From an uncultured Nitrososphaerota archaeon (lineage in GTDB: Archaea; Thermoproteota; Methanomethylicia; Nezhaarchaeales; WYZ-LMO8): DNA of 64,000 nucleotides. Shown here in pieces: positions 47,437-55,831 of this stretch. Below the pieces are notes generated by a model. That model saw nothing but the letters and a program-made list of their open reading frames with translations, searched no databases and was not told the DNA's origin. The stretch covers positions 18,761-82,760 of the forward strand of contig CAZPGS010000001.1 in assembly GCA_964586135.1 (NCBI GenBank), in the 5' to 3' direction. The first letter of the stretch is position 1. Each line of letters starts with the position of its first letter. The translations under genes were made by a program, and so were the position numbers.

Positions 47437-48150
47437 ATGGCGATAGATATCATATTAAAAGAAGGCATACCCAAGGATTCCGTGTTCGTCACTGGTTTTC
47501 AAGGAATGGGCATCGCAGGATACATAGCTGTTAGGCATTTAATCCACACATTGAAGGCTAAGCCATTGGGTTTTGTGACTTTGAAAAGAATGCCCCCATA
47601 TGTATGGATGGAGGAGAGCAGGCTTGCGACTCCCATACAGCTCTTTGGATATCAGAGCTTCGTCTTCATGCTAGTAGAGTTCATGCCCCCCATGCCAGAT
47701 CTATATGCATTCATAGATAAGCTCTGTAAATGGGCTTCTAAAACATTTGTTGAGGCGTTTCTCATAGGTGGCCTTGACATAAGAGTAAGAAAAGAGGGAG
47801 AGAGCGAAAAAGCAAAGTTCGCCGCCACGACTAAGGCCGTGGACAAGGTGCTCAAGTTAGGGTATAAGATATTGGATAGAGGTTTATACATAACAGGCCC
47901 TCTAGCACTAATGCTCATGAAATTTGAGCAACTGGACTACCCAGCTCTAGCTGTATTAGCTTACGCGAACGCTTCAAGGCCTGACCCTATGGCCGCTGCG
48001 GTAGCCGTTCAATATTTTAGTGAGATGTATGGAGTTAAAGTGGATACCGATCAACTCATAAGAGATGCGCAGAGGATAGAGGCAGAAATCGAAGAAAGCC
48101 TAAGGAGAAAGCAGGAAAGGGTGACCGAGGTAAGCGCGCTGTACATCTAA
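47437..48150 (+). CDS. PAC2-family proteasome assembly chaperone (PbaA/PbaB-like) with C-terminal HbYX-like motif
   Basis: N-terminal ...VFVTGFQGMGIAGYIAVRHLIHTLKAKPLGFV... is typical of PAC2/DUF75 proteins. The C-terminus ...EVSALYI ends in hydrophobic-Tyr-X. Confidence 0.55.
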   Translation: MAIDIILKEGIPKDSVFVTGFQGMGIAGYIAVRHLIHTLKAKPLGFVTLKRMPPYVWMEESRLATPIQLFGYQSFVFMLVEFMPPMPDLYAFIDKLCKWASKTFVEAFLIGGLDIRVRKEGESEKAKFAATTKAVDKVLKLGYKILDRGLYITGPLALMLMKFEQLDYPALAVLAYANASRPDPMAAAVAVQYFSEMYGVKVDTDQLIRDAQRIEAEIEESLRRKQERVTEVSALYI

Positions 48151-48187
48151 AGGTTCTAAGGGGTATGAAAGGTTAGACGGCACATTG

Positions 48188-49786
48188 CTAGCCTTCGACT
48201 AATTCTCTCAATAAGTGGATTAAGTTTTCTAAATCCTCCATCGCGTAGAGTTCTTTTGATCGAAGGACTTTGACGATGTTACACGATTTTTTACATGCGA
48301 CCTCCAAGTGCTCGCCCCATCGCTCGACGTCATTGTAAAGGAGTATGGTCTTGGGTTTGAGGATTTTTAAAAGCCTCGCCACCCTAGAGCTGACATAGAC
48401 TTTAGATAGGGCGTCAAGTTTGCTAGGCGCTTCGTACTGCGATAGAGGAAAGAAACCGTCAAGCTCTATAGGAATTAAGCAGAAAGGATAATCATAAAGG
48501 AGCACCTTGATTTCCTTGTCGTCTTTGAAGGTGTCGTAGATTTTCTTAACCAATTCTTCAACAAAGTTTTCAAACGGCTGGCCATCATTCCTAGGTATTA
48601 GAACTAAGGTCCTTTCATGAAGGTTGCTTAAACAGTTCTTAAGCCTCTTAAAGTGCCTTGTAACCTTAGGCCTGAATATGTCATGGTAATCATAGAAGAA
48701 GAGGCCTGATATTAAGGGTTTAGTACTAGGGTCAAGGCGTTCAAGGAATGAGTTATATTTTCTGAACTTTAAGAATGCTGAGAAAAGACGCGAGTGGGCC
48801 CTCGATCTTAAAGAGACGTATTCCCATAAAGATCCTTCTTTTATTGATTGCTTAATTCTCTTGATCTCGCTGACAAGCGCATAGAGGTTGTGCAATGCTA
48901 TTAGTCTCACTCGCAAGTTTGACGGCATTTCGTTGAATTCTTGAGGCGCGTACTTCGAACATATGGAGCAAGAACATGGGAAGTACTCTAAATCCTGTAA
49001 TCTGTAGGTCCCGTAGGGTGTCATGTATCTATTTTCTTTAGCATAAATTATGTAAGAGGCTGAATCGAAGAGGTCGCAACCTAGCGCTACAGCCATTGGA
49101 AGCATCATCGGATGGCCAGCGCCGAAGAGATGGACAGGCTTCCCTAGTGGCAATATTGTCTTAGAAACATATATGATGTCGACCAACGCTTCATAGTTAT
49201 ACGTTTCCATGATCGTTGTTGGACTTCCTATAGCATAGATATCGAAGTCTAGCGTCGAGAGCTGTTTAGCGCAGTGCCGCACTATATCTATATAAGGTGC
49301 CCCCTGGACCGGCCCGACCCATAAAATGGTTTCATCATTCTTAATGAGCTGCAAGGCCCTTGCTCTCTCTATGGTCTCGCCAACTCTGCGCAAGGCCTCG
49401 TCATAAGACGTCATGCCCGTAGGATAGTCGAGTATTACCGCTATGTCGCTACCGCACCTTTCTTGTAGGGCTACGGCCTCTTCCGGGGTAATGTCAACTT
49501 CCCCATAGACCAACAATTGATAAGCCCCTGAGTCGGTCATCACGGGCCCGGAAAAGCCCAATAAGTCATGCACGTCGACCACATCGAGCTCCCGTAGGGC
49601 TCTTCGCACATGCAGTATGTTCGTTATAAATGCGTTAAACCCTAGTCCCTCGATGTCCTTAACTGTTATCGTGGCGTCAAACGGATTTATGACTGGAAAA
49701 AGGTAGGGGGTCTCTATCGTACCCCTTCTCGTTTTAAGCCTCCCTATCCTTCCTGCTAAGTCCTTGTCTAGAACTTCGAAGCTCAT
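48188..49786 (-). CDS. tgtA: Archaeosine tRNA-guanine transglycosylase (ArcTGT)
   Basis: TGT catalytic (beta/alpha)8 domain (...TPYLFPVINP..., zinc site CSCSICS...H) followed by C-terminal C2/PUA-type extensions. 532 aa. Confidence 0.8.
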   Translation of the reverse strand: MSFEVLDKDLAGRIGRLKTRRGTIETPYLFPVINPFDATITVKDIEGLGFNAFITNILHVRRALRELDVVDVHDLLGFSGPVMTDSGAYQLLVYGEVDITPEEAVALQERCGSDIAVILDYPTGMTSYDEALRRVGETIERARALQLIKNDETILWVGPVQGAPYIDIVRHCAKQLSTLDFDIYAIGSPTTIMETYNYEALVDIIYVSKTILPLGKPVHLFGAGHPMMLPMAVALGCDLFDSASYIIYAKENRYMTPYGTYRLQDLEYFPCSCSICSKYAPQEFNEMPSNLRVRLIALHNLYALVSEIKRIKQSIKEGSLWEYVSLRSRAHSRLFSAFLKFRKYNSFLERLDPSTKPLISGLFFYDYHDIFRPKVTRHFKRLKNCLSNLHERTLVLIPRNDGQPFENFVEELVKKIYDTFKDDKEIKVLLYDYPFCLIPIELDGFFPLSQYEAPSKLDALSKVYVSSRVARLLKILKPKTILLYNDVERWGEHLEVACKKSCNIVKVLRSKELYAMEDLENLIHLLRELVEG

Positions 49787-49787
49787 A

Positions 49788-50246
49788 TCACGCCTTGCTC
49801 TGTAATTGCTTTGAAGCCACGAACTCTTCGAATATTCTCTTAACTCTTTCGGCTATCGGCCCCGAGCCCTCGACCACGCCTGATTCCGTTACTCGAACTC
49901 TATCCATTACTGTTATGACGCCTGCATCTTCGTGTAAAGTTACCATGTTTGGAAAGGCCTTTTCGAGGGCTTCGGCCAAGCCCTTGAGGTCGAAGGGCTC
50001 CTCCAACCTCAAAAGCTGAGCCACATAATTACCATTGATGAGTACCCTTGCATACGCGTCTCCCTTATCGTCCTTAGCGTTTGCTAAGATGAGCGTTAGG
50101 GTGTTTTGGTCGTAAGCTATGAGCTTGCCCTCATAAGATGAGCCACTTGCTGTGATGACTTTCACCTTTTTGTCTAAGAGGGAGGACAATTCCGTTAAAA
50201 ATCTCCGTGCGGCTAGGGGTTGAAAACTACTCATCTTACATGACAC
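49788..50246 (-). CDS. Sm-like (Lsm) domain protein with C-terminal extension (SmAP3-like)
   Basis: KKVKVITASGSSYEGKLIAYDQNTLTLILANAKD...ARVLINGNYVAQL fits Sm1/Sm2 motif spacing. An extra ~70 aa follows. One nt upstream of tgtA on the same strand. Confidence 0.4.
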   Translation of the reverse strand: MSCKMSSFQPLAARRFLTELSSLLDKKVKVITASGSSYEGKLIAYDQNTLTLILANAKDDKGDAYARVLINGNYVAQLLRLEEPFDLKGLAEALEKAFPNMVTLHEDAGVITVMDRVRVTESGVVEGSGPIAERVKRIFEEFVASKQLQSKA

Positions 50247-50333
50247 CTCGCCGTTTCTATCAGGCCTAGAGTTGTAAGAGCTTGCAGATTAATTTATATT
50301 CTCGAGGGGTCCATCTTTGCTAGGTGTATTTAA

Positions 50334-50711
50334 ATGACAACCGACATATTGATGGACATAGAGGCTGAAATCAGCAAAATAGAGAAGAGCGAGCTAAAAA
50401 ACCTAAGCGTTGTTAAGTTCGTTGCTTCAGAGACCGTTAACGTCAGTTTAGAAATCCCTCGTTCTCTACTTCAAGTAAAAGAGGGAGGGAAGGCGCGCTT
50501 AGTCATAAGTACCAATCCCAGCATCGAGCAGGATGTGAATGCTTTGTTTCTATTTATGATATACAATATCGAAAAGGTCAAAAGCGGGAAAGAAGAAAGG
50601 ACCCTCATATATGGATCCATCGGAGGGCTTCAAGTTAGAATAGAAGGCAAGGGGCTTCATAAAAAATTCAAGGCCGGAGACGAAGTTTACTTAGGAATTA
50701 AGTTACTGTAA
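50334..50711 (+). CDS. Hypothetical protein; possibly RNA polymerase subunit Rpo8 (RpoG)-like OB-fold protein
   Basis: 125 aa. Faint resemblance to crenarchaeal Rpo8 (SLKNLS.., ..IYGSIGGLQVRIEG.., AGDEVYLGIK). Not secure. Confidence 0.25.
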   Translation: MTTDILMDIEAEISKIEKSELKNLSVVKFVASETVNVSLEIPRSLLQVKEGGKARLVISTNPSIEQDVNALFLFMIYNIEKVKSGKEERTLIYGSIGGLQVRIEGKGLHKKFKAGDEVYLGIKLL

Positions 50712-50864
50712 GTATACTTTCACTGACCCCTCTCTGCCTACAACTCTAGAAAATCATTGCCACGTACATACCCTTGTTCTAGTACTTATTGCAATCGCTC
50801 ATTTAACAAGTACAAGATAAGCTTTAACTTTTAGCTTTTTGGCGATAAGCCTTGGTGATCATGG

Positions 50865-51860
50865 TTGCATGGAACTGCTTGCAAAGAGTGTGGCGGGGTA
50901 CTAGTACTCTCAAAAAATGGTGAGTATGTCTGCGAAAGTTGTGGACTCGTTCATGAGGAGGCTGGAACAGCCTTATTCAGTTGTTTGAAGACCAATGACA
51001 AGAGAAGGATGCAACACTTCGAAGTTCTTGACAAAACGCCTTTCAAAGTGCCGAGACTCTGGCGCAATATAGATAGCAACAGTATTGAGAAGGCCGAGGT
51101 AATGAAGTACTTTAGTAGATTAGATTTCGTCCAGCGGTATTACATTGATAAGCTCTCAATAAGGGCTATTCGAAGGGCTTACGCTGTTTTATTGTCCCTA
51201 TGTTCGCTTCTTCCGACGCAATTATCATCAACTATTAAGAGGAGGGCTCTAGAAATGTACTACAGCGCTATCTTGAGATTAAGGAGTGTCAGAAAAAACC
51301 ACGTAGCACTGATGACTGCTAGTTTTTATGTAGCTACAAGGGAAAGGTATAGAAAATGTGATCTGACCTTAAAGCAGATAATCATTCACTTGAGAAAGAT
51401 GAGCATTAACGTATCATTTAGCGATGTCTTCAAGGCTATCTTCTTATTAAGGAAAGTCGTAGGCGTTGCTTTGAGGCCTAGAAGCCCTGAAGAGTTGTTA
51501 TCCGTCGCGGTAAGAAAGGTTATGTGTGACGAAAGGGTCAAGAAAAGACTGCTAAAGAATAACATAGACTTCCTCAAATATTCAAAAGAGCTTTACGCAG
51601 AAACCTCTATGTTACTTAAAAAAGTTAAGTGCAGCAAAAGCCCCTTATCGCTTGTAGCCACAGCTCTATACACCGCTGACAAGATTTTGGTTTTGAAACA
51701 TGGGTGGAAGGACGTGTTGACTCAGAAGTCTTTAAGTTCTGTACTAAACGTGAGCCCTTTCACTATTAGAGAGCTATACTATAAAACATTTAGAAAGCAC
51801 ATTTTTGGTGATCAAAATGAGGAGCAAGACTGTAAAGCTGACCTTAGAGGACTTGCTTGA
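50865..51860 (+). CDS. TFIIB-like transcription factor (divergent TFB paralogue): N-terminal zinc ribbon plus cyclin-like repeats
   Basis: CKECGGVLVLSKNGEYVCESCGLVHEE is a TFB-type C-x2-C-x15-C-x2-C ribbon. The ~330-aa length and helical repeats fit TFB, but B-reader and cyclin-core motifs are poorly conserved. Confidence 0.45.
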   Translation: MHGTACKECGGVLVLSKNGEYVCESCGLVHEEAGTALFSCLKTNDKRRMQHFEVLDKTPFKVPRLWRNIDSNSIEKAEVMKYFSRLDFVQRYYIDKLSIRAIRRAYAVLLSLCSLLPTQLSSTIKRRALEMYYSAILRLRSVRKNHVALMTASFYVATRERYRKCDLTLKQIIIHLRKMSINVSFSDVFKAIFLLRKVVGVALRPRSPEELLSVAVRKVMCDERVKKRLLKNNIDFLKYSKELYAETSMLLKKVKCSKSPLSLVATALYTADKILVLKHGWKDVLTQKSLSSVLNVSPFTIRELYYKTFRKHIFGDQNEEQDCKADLRGLA

Positions 51861-52041
51861 GGTATTGTTAGGTCATGGAATTCAACCTAGGAAAATAGAG
51901 GCAATAATGGCCAGCTTGGGCATCCCTCAAGAATGCGTTAAAAGAGCATTAGCAAACATTATGGCAACATCTTCTCAAAGAGGGGTTAAGGAGAGCGGCT
52001 TAAAGGGAGAAGATCTACGACTGAATGGAGCTAACAACTAA
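51817..52041 (+). CDS. Small hypothetical helical protein overlapping the TFB-like gene 3' end
   Basis: MRSKTVKLTLEDLLEVLLGHGIQPRKIEAIMASLGIPQECVKRALANIMATSS..., 74 aa from the internal Met. No family assigned; may not be expressed. Confidence 0.2.
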   Translation: MRSKTVKLTLEDLLEVLLGHGIQPRKIEAIMASLGIPQECVKRALANIMATSSQRGVKESGLKGEDLRLNGANN

Positions 52042-52094
52042 GTAGTTGAATGAAAAGGGTCTACAAAGCGGGTTGTTTAGAATGATGAAAGTAA

Positions 52095-52168
52095 TGGGCC
52101 GGCCCGGACTCGAACCGGGGACCTCCCGCGTGTGAGGCGGGCGTTCTAACCAGCTGAACTACCGGCCC
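52095..52168 (-). tRNA. tRNA-Val (anticodon CAC)
   Basis: Reverse complement GGGCCGGTAGTTCAGCTGGTTAGAACGCCCGCCTCACACGCGGGAGGTCCCCGGTTCGAGTCCGGGCCGGCCCA. Acceptor GGGCCGG/CCGGCCC. Anticodon loop CTCACAC (CAC). T loop TTCGAGT. 74 nt, no intron. Confidence 0.8.
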
Positions 52169-52199
52169 TTCAAAGAGAGAGTCAGTCTCAGATTAAAGG

Positions 52200-52361
52200 C
52201 TACTTCTGGATTGAGCGCTTCTTCCATCTCAAGTTATAGGAGCGACATCTCCTACACCTTTCAGCGGTAGGAGCGTTTCGGGCACCGCACTTTCGACAAA
52301 TCTTCACCATTAATAACTTCTTCTGGGCCATTTGCAACTTAAGCGGGTCGGTTATCGGCAT
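52200..52361 (-). CDS. rpl40e: 50S ribosomal protein L40e (53 aa), below the ORF-track cutoff
   Basis: Manual translation MPITDPLKLQMAQKKLLMVKICRKCGARNAPTAERCRRCRSYNLRWKKRSIQK matches L40e (MPLTDP.KLQ...KKICR.CGA.N...A..CR.C.S.NLR.KKK). Confidence 0.8.
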   Translation of the reverse strand: MPITDPLKLQMAQKKLLMVKICRKCGARNAPTAERCRRCRSYNLRWKKRSIQK

Positions 52362-52489
52362 AGGACTTCCTAAACTCTCCTTAAGAGTCTGTCAAATAAA
52401 ACTTATCCTTGACTTTACTCGAGGTAGACCCGAGAAGCGATATAACTCCCAAGCCATGGTATAAAGAAAGCGAAACTAAGGGAGGAGAC

Positions 52490-52762
52490 ATGAAGGAGAA
52501 CATCGTAATAATTGGACGAAAGCCCGTTATGAATTACGTCCTCGCATGCCTCACATTATTTCACCAAGGCTCTGGTGAGGTGACCATAAGAGCCAGAGGA
52601 AAGGCCATATCAAAGGCAGTTGACGTCGCGAATATTGTTAAGGAAAAGTTTATCCCCACAGCTAAAGTTAAGAGTTTAGAACTTGGCAACGAAAGAATCG
52701 TGACGGAAAGGGGGGAAGTTGTCAACTTAAGCACCATAGCAATAACATTAACAAAAGAGTGA
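52490..52762 (+). CDS. albA: DNA/RNA-binding protein Alba
   Basis: From the internal Met: MKENIVIIGRKPVMNYVLACLTLFHQGSGEVTIRARGKAISKAVDVANIVKEKF...VTERGEVVNLSTIAITL is the Alba signature. The track ORF start (52409) is an upstream extension. Confidence 0.85.
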   Translation: MKENIVIIGRKPVMNYVLACLTLFHQGSGEVTIRARGKAISKAVDVANIVKEKFIPTAKVKSLELGNERIVTERGEVVNLSTIAITLTKE

Positions 52763-52772
52763 GGGGTGCAAA

Positions 52773-53273
52773 GTGCAGTTTCCGATATGTTACTTCTGCC
52801 TAAAGACAGGTCTTCTCTGTAAGACTTGCTATGAAAAGTTGAAGAAAGGCGAGATAAGTAAGCTCGATATAGAAGTCGCTAAGTGGTTTCTAGACAACGA
52901 AGAGAAATACCCGCAGCTCAAGGACTGCACGTTCTATAAGGCTGTCCAAAAAGACGATTTTTTAGTAGTGCTTATTGGATGTAAGAACAAGAGGCTCACA
53001 GCACTTTGGAGGAAGTTAGGCAAGGTGTTGAGTGACGAAAAAGGAGTTAATGTCAGGATTATCGAAAAGACCTCTTCTTTAAGGGGGCTCTTAAGTCAGT
53101 TATTCTTTCCAGCTAAAGTTATCTCACTAAATACGATTTGGTTGCCTGACGGCTCTTGTGAGAGCACGATCAAGGTAGCACCAGAGGACTTAAAGAAGCT
53201 GCCTACTGATGTAAAGGCACTAGAAGAAGTGATACGAGAGTTGGTAGGAGAGACAGTTTATATTGCTACCTGA
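52773..53273 (+). CDS. Hypothetical zinc-ribbon protein (N-terminal CxxC...CxxC) with possible KH-like region
   Basis: CYFCLKTGLLCKTCYEK ribbon, then ...VVLIGCKNKRLTALWRKLGKVL.... 166 aa. No confident family. Confidence 0.3.
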   Translation: MQFPICYFCLKTGLLCKTCYEKLKKGEISKLDIEVAKWFLDNEEKYPQLKDCTFYKAVQKDDFLVVLIGCKNKRLTALWRKLGKVLSDEKGVNVRIIEKTSSLRGLLSQLFFPAKVISLNTIWLPDGSCESTIKVAPEDLKKLPTDVKALEEVIRELVGETVYIAT

Positions 53274-54615
53274 TAAATGTATTCTGGTAATGATGCCAAC
53301 CATAGACCTCATGGAGACGTGGAGGAAGACTCACAGAAACTCTGAAGTTGCACAGCTGCCTGACGGATCTGAGGTAGTGCTGATTGGCTGGCTTCATGAG
53401 ATAAGAGACCTGGGCAATATTAAGTTCTTACTTCTACGGGATGCATCGGGCATCGTCCAAGTAACGATTAAGAGAGGAGCTGTTGATCAAAGTCTACTGG
53501 AGAGGGTCTCCCAAATAACTCGTGAGAGCGTCATAGCGGTTAGGGGCGTAGTCAAGAAGAGTGAAAAGAGCAGGCTCGGAGTAGAAGTGTTGCCTCATGA
53601 AATTAAGGTGCTCAATATATCTAAAGCCCCTTTACCTTTGGAAGTTACGGGCAAGGTCCCGGCAGACTTCGAGACCCGTATGAGTTCTAGGTTCATGGAC
53701 CTGCGAAGGCCGAGTGAAGTCTTCGTCTTCAAGCTGCAACACGAGGTTTTAAAGGCCATAAGGGCTTTTTTGGACGAGAAAGGGTTTATTGAAGTCGTAA
53801 CGCCAAAGATACTTGTCTCTGCGACCGAGGGTGGCGCGGAGCTATTTAAAGTGCAATACTTCGAAAAGACGGTCTATCTAGCTCAGAGCCCCCAGCTCTA
53901 CAAAGAGGTTCTAACAAGCTGTTTTGAAAGAGTATATGAAATAGGAGTTTACTTTAGAGCCGAGGAAGTCAATACCCCTTACCATCTCAATGAGTTCGTG
54001 TCGGTAGACATAGAAGCTGCATTCATGGACTATAAGGATGTCATGGAGATCTTAGAGGAGTGCATAATCCACGTGTATCGATATTTAAGAGAAAAACACT
54101 ACGATGAGTTAAAGAGAATTCATGGTGAGTTCAGGGAGCCCGAGACACCCTTCCCAATAATCACGTACTCTGAAGTTATAGAGCTTTTGCAAAGAAGAGG
54201 AGTAAACGTAAAGTGGGGCGACGATCTAACGACGCCTGCTCTAAGAGTGTTGGGCAAGGAATACGATGGTTACTATTTTATAATTGACTGGCCGAGCGAG
54301 GTGAAGCCCTTCTACATAAAGCCCCGCCGAGGCAATGAAAAAATATGTGAGAGCTTCGACCTCATGTGGCATCACATAGAGATCGCAAGCGGTGGGAGTA
54401 GGATATACCTTCGAGAAGAACTAGAGGAAAGCATCAAGCGCAAGGGGCTTAACGTTGAGAGCTTTAAAGAGCATTTGAGGACCTTTGACTACGGAATGCC
54501 GCCTCACGCCGGTTGGGGGTTGGGGCTTTCAAGGTTCCTCATGGTGTTGACCGGTAGGCAAAACATAAGAGAAGTGGTGCTCTTCCCGCGCGACAGAACG
54601 AGGTTGACTCCCTAA
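53263..54615 (+). CDS. aspS: Aspartyl-tRNA synthetase (archaeal/eukaryotic type)
   Basis: N-terminal OB anticodon-binding domain (…VVLIGWLHEIRDLGNIKFLLLRDASGIVQVTIK…). Class II motifs (…FRAEE…, …GSGGSRI…, …GLGLSR…). 450 aa. Confidence 0.9.
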   Translation: MLPDKCILVMMPTIDLMETWRKTHRNSEVAQLPDGSEVVLIGWLHEIRDLGNIKFLLLRDASGIVQVTIKRGAVDQSLLERVSQITRESVIAVRGVVKKSEKSRLGVEVLPHEIKVLNISKAPLPLEVTGKVPADFETRMSSRFMDLRRPSEVFVFKLQHEVLKAIRAFLDEKGFIEVVTPKILVSATEGGAELFKVQYFEKTVYLAQSPQLYKEVLTSCFERVYEIGVYFRAEEVNTPYHLNEFVSVDIEAAFMDYKDVMEILEECIIHVYRYLREKHYDELKRIHGEFREPETPFPIITYSEVIELLQRRGVNVKWGDDLTTPALRVLGKEYDGYYFIIDWPSEVKPFYIKPRRGNEKICESFDLMWHHIEIASGGSRIYLREELEESIKRKGLNVESFKEHLRTFDYGMPPHAGWGLGLSRFLMVLTGRQNIREVVLFPRDRTRLTP

Positions 54616-54639
54616 GTCAGCAAGGTTGTTAAGAAATGG

Positions 54640-55480
54640 CAGGAGGTCCTTTCTATTGGTGCATGAGGTACAACGTTCCTCTTCTCTCTAAGAAGTGCGA
54701 TGTGTACGAAGACAAGGTAGGAGCCCTTGGACAAGAGGTTTTACGTATTATTCACGGACACTGGGAATAGAATATCCTGAGACGATAAGCTATAGAGAGG
54801 GTTCTAAGACGGCTGAAGCTTGAAGACAAGACTATGAAGACAAGCTCGCTTACAGGCTTTTTTAAGGCTCTTGAGCTCTTCGGTCCTCTAGCTCGAGACT
54901 TTAGGTGGTGTTGCAAGACTTGCGAGTTAGCGCCTATAGCCTATGCCATAAAGAACTTGGGAGGAAGATGCTTAACGTTCATCGGTTTACGTGGAGTAGA
55001 GTCAGCAAAGAGGAAGAAACAGGCTCCATGTGGAAGGGCATATGGATCAAGGGGCAATTGGGTGTCTCTCCGATACACGATTGGAGCACGCTCACCGTGT
55101 GGTTATACTTGTTCAAGGAGGGGATGGAGTTGAACCCTCTCTATTACAAGGGGCTTGGGAGAATAGGCTGTTGGGTCTGTCCCAGCATGGACTTAGCTGA
55201 AACGCGCATAGCCGAGGAGGTGATGGGCCCTTTATGGCAGGGATATTTGAGGAAAGTATCTGATGTGCTCTCCTTGGGCGAAAGAGAAGTGAAATTGGGT
55301 CTTTGGAGGTGGCGTTTCAAGTTCCCTAAATGGTTAAATGTCGAGGAAGTGAGCAAAGGCCCGATGCAGTGCTTGTTCGAGAAGAAAGAGGTCTGGATCG
55401 AGCGTGAAGGCGATTTCGAGAAAATACTTAGCGTGTTAAAAACCATGTACGAAGTGCGTAAAGAAGACGAGGAAAAATAG
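54640..55480 (+). pseudogene. Fragmented, probably degraded PAPS-reductase-family (COG0175-like) gene: three frame-shifted pieces, PP-loop region absent
   Basis: Piece 1 (54640-54790) is MAGGPFYWCMRYNVPLLSKKCDVYEDK... (N-terminal ribbon-like). Piece 2 (54834..55133) carries ...FRWCCKTCELAPIAYAIKNLGG.... Piece 3 (54905..55480) carries ...GRIGCWVCPSMD.... The CC and CWxCP motifs are hallmarks of PAPS-reductase-like proteins. The SGGKDS PP-loop is not found, and the total span is too short for an intact gene. Confidence 0.4.
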
Positions 55481-55629
55481 CATTGATGGACGAAAGGAGA
55501 AGAATCGCGAGCTTAGTGAAAGAGGTAAGGAGGTAAGAAAGAGGTAATAAGATAATCGTAGAGGCACAAAATAGAGATCGAGTTAAAGTCTTTAGAGGCA
55601 TAGCTCGCGCTTTACTACGTGTGAAGTGC

Positions 55630-55794
55630 ATGCTATGTTACGCGACGTGCCCCAACGAAGCCATAATGATAAGACAAAACAACATTGAGATCCTGACAGA
55701 GAAATGCATGGCTTGCGGCGAGTGCAATTACACATGCCCAATATGGGCTTACAGCCTGAAAAGCCCTCATATTGCGAAAAGGTTATTAGCCTAA
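55630..55794 (+). CDS. Small 2x[4Fe-4S] ferredoxin-like protein (~54 aa), or C-terminal Fe-S domain remnant of the degraded upstream gene
   Basis: Manual translation ...VKCMLCYATCPNEAIMIRQNNIEILTEKCMACGECNYTCPIWAYSLKSPHIAKRLLA carries CxxCxxxCP and CxxCxxCxxxCP motifs. Confidence 0.4.
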   Translation: MLCYATCPNEAIMIRQNNIEILTEKCMACGECNYTCPIWAYSLKSPHIAKRLLA

Positions 55795-55831
55795 ATACAT
55801 TATCTTAGGCTGAGTTTTTAACGACGCGGAG

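Noticed and set aside
52409-52489. Upstream extension of the Alba ORF
   Set aside because: The Alba family signature begins at the internal Met (MKENIVIIGRKP). The extension has no conserved counterpart.
54834-55480. Treating ORFs 54834..55133 and 54905..55480 as two independent genes
   Set aside because: They overlap in different frames. Together with an upstream fragment they carry successive motifs of one PAPS-reductase-like family but lack the PP-loop core, so they are called a single degraded gene instead.
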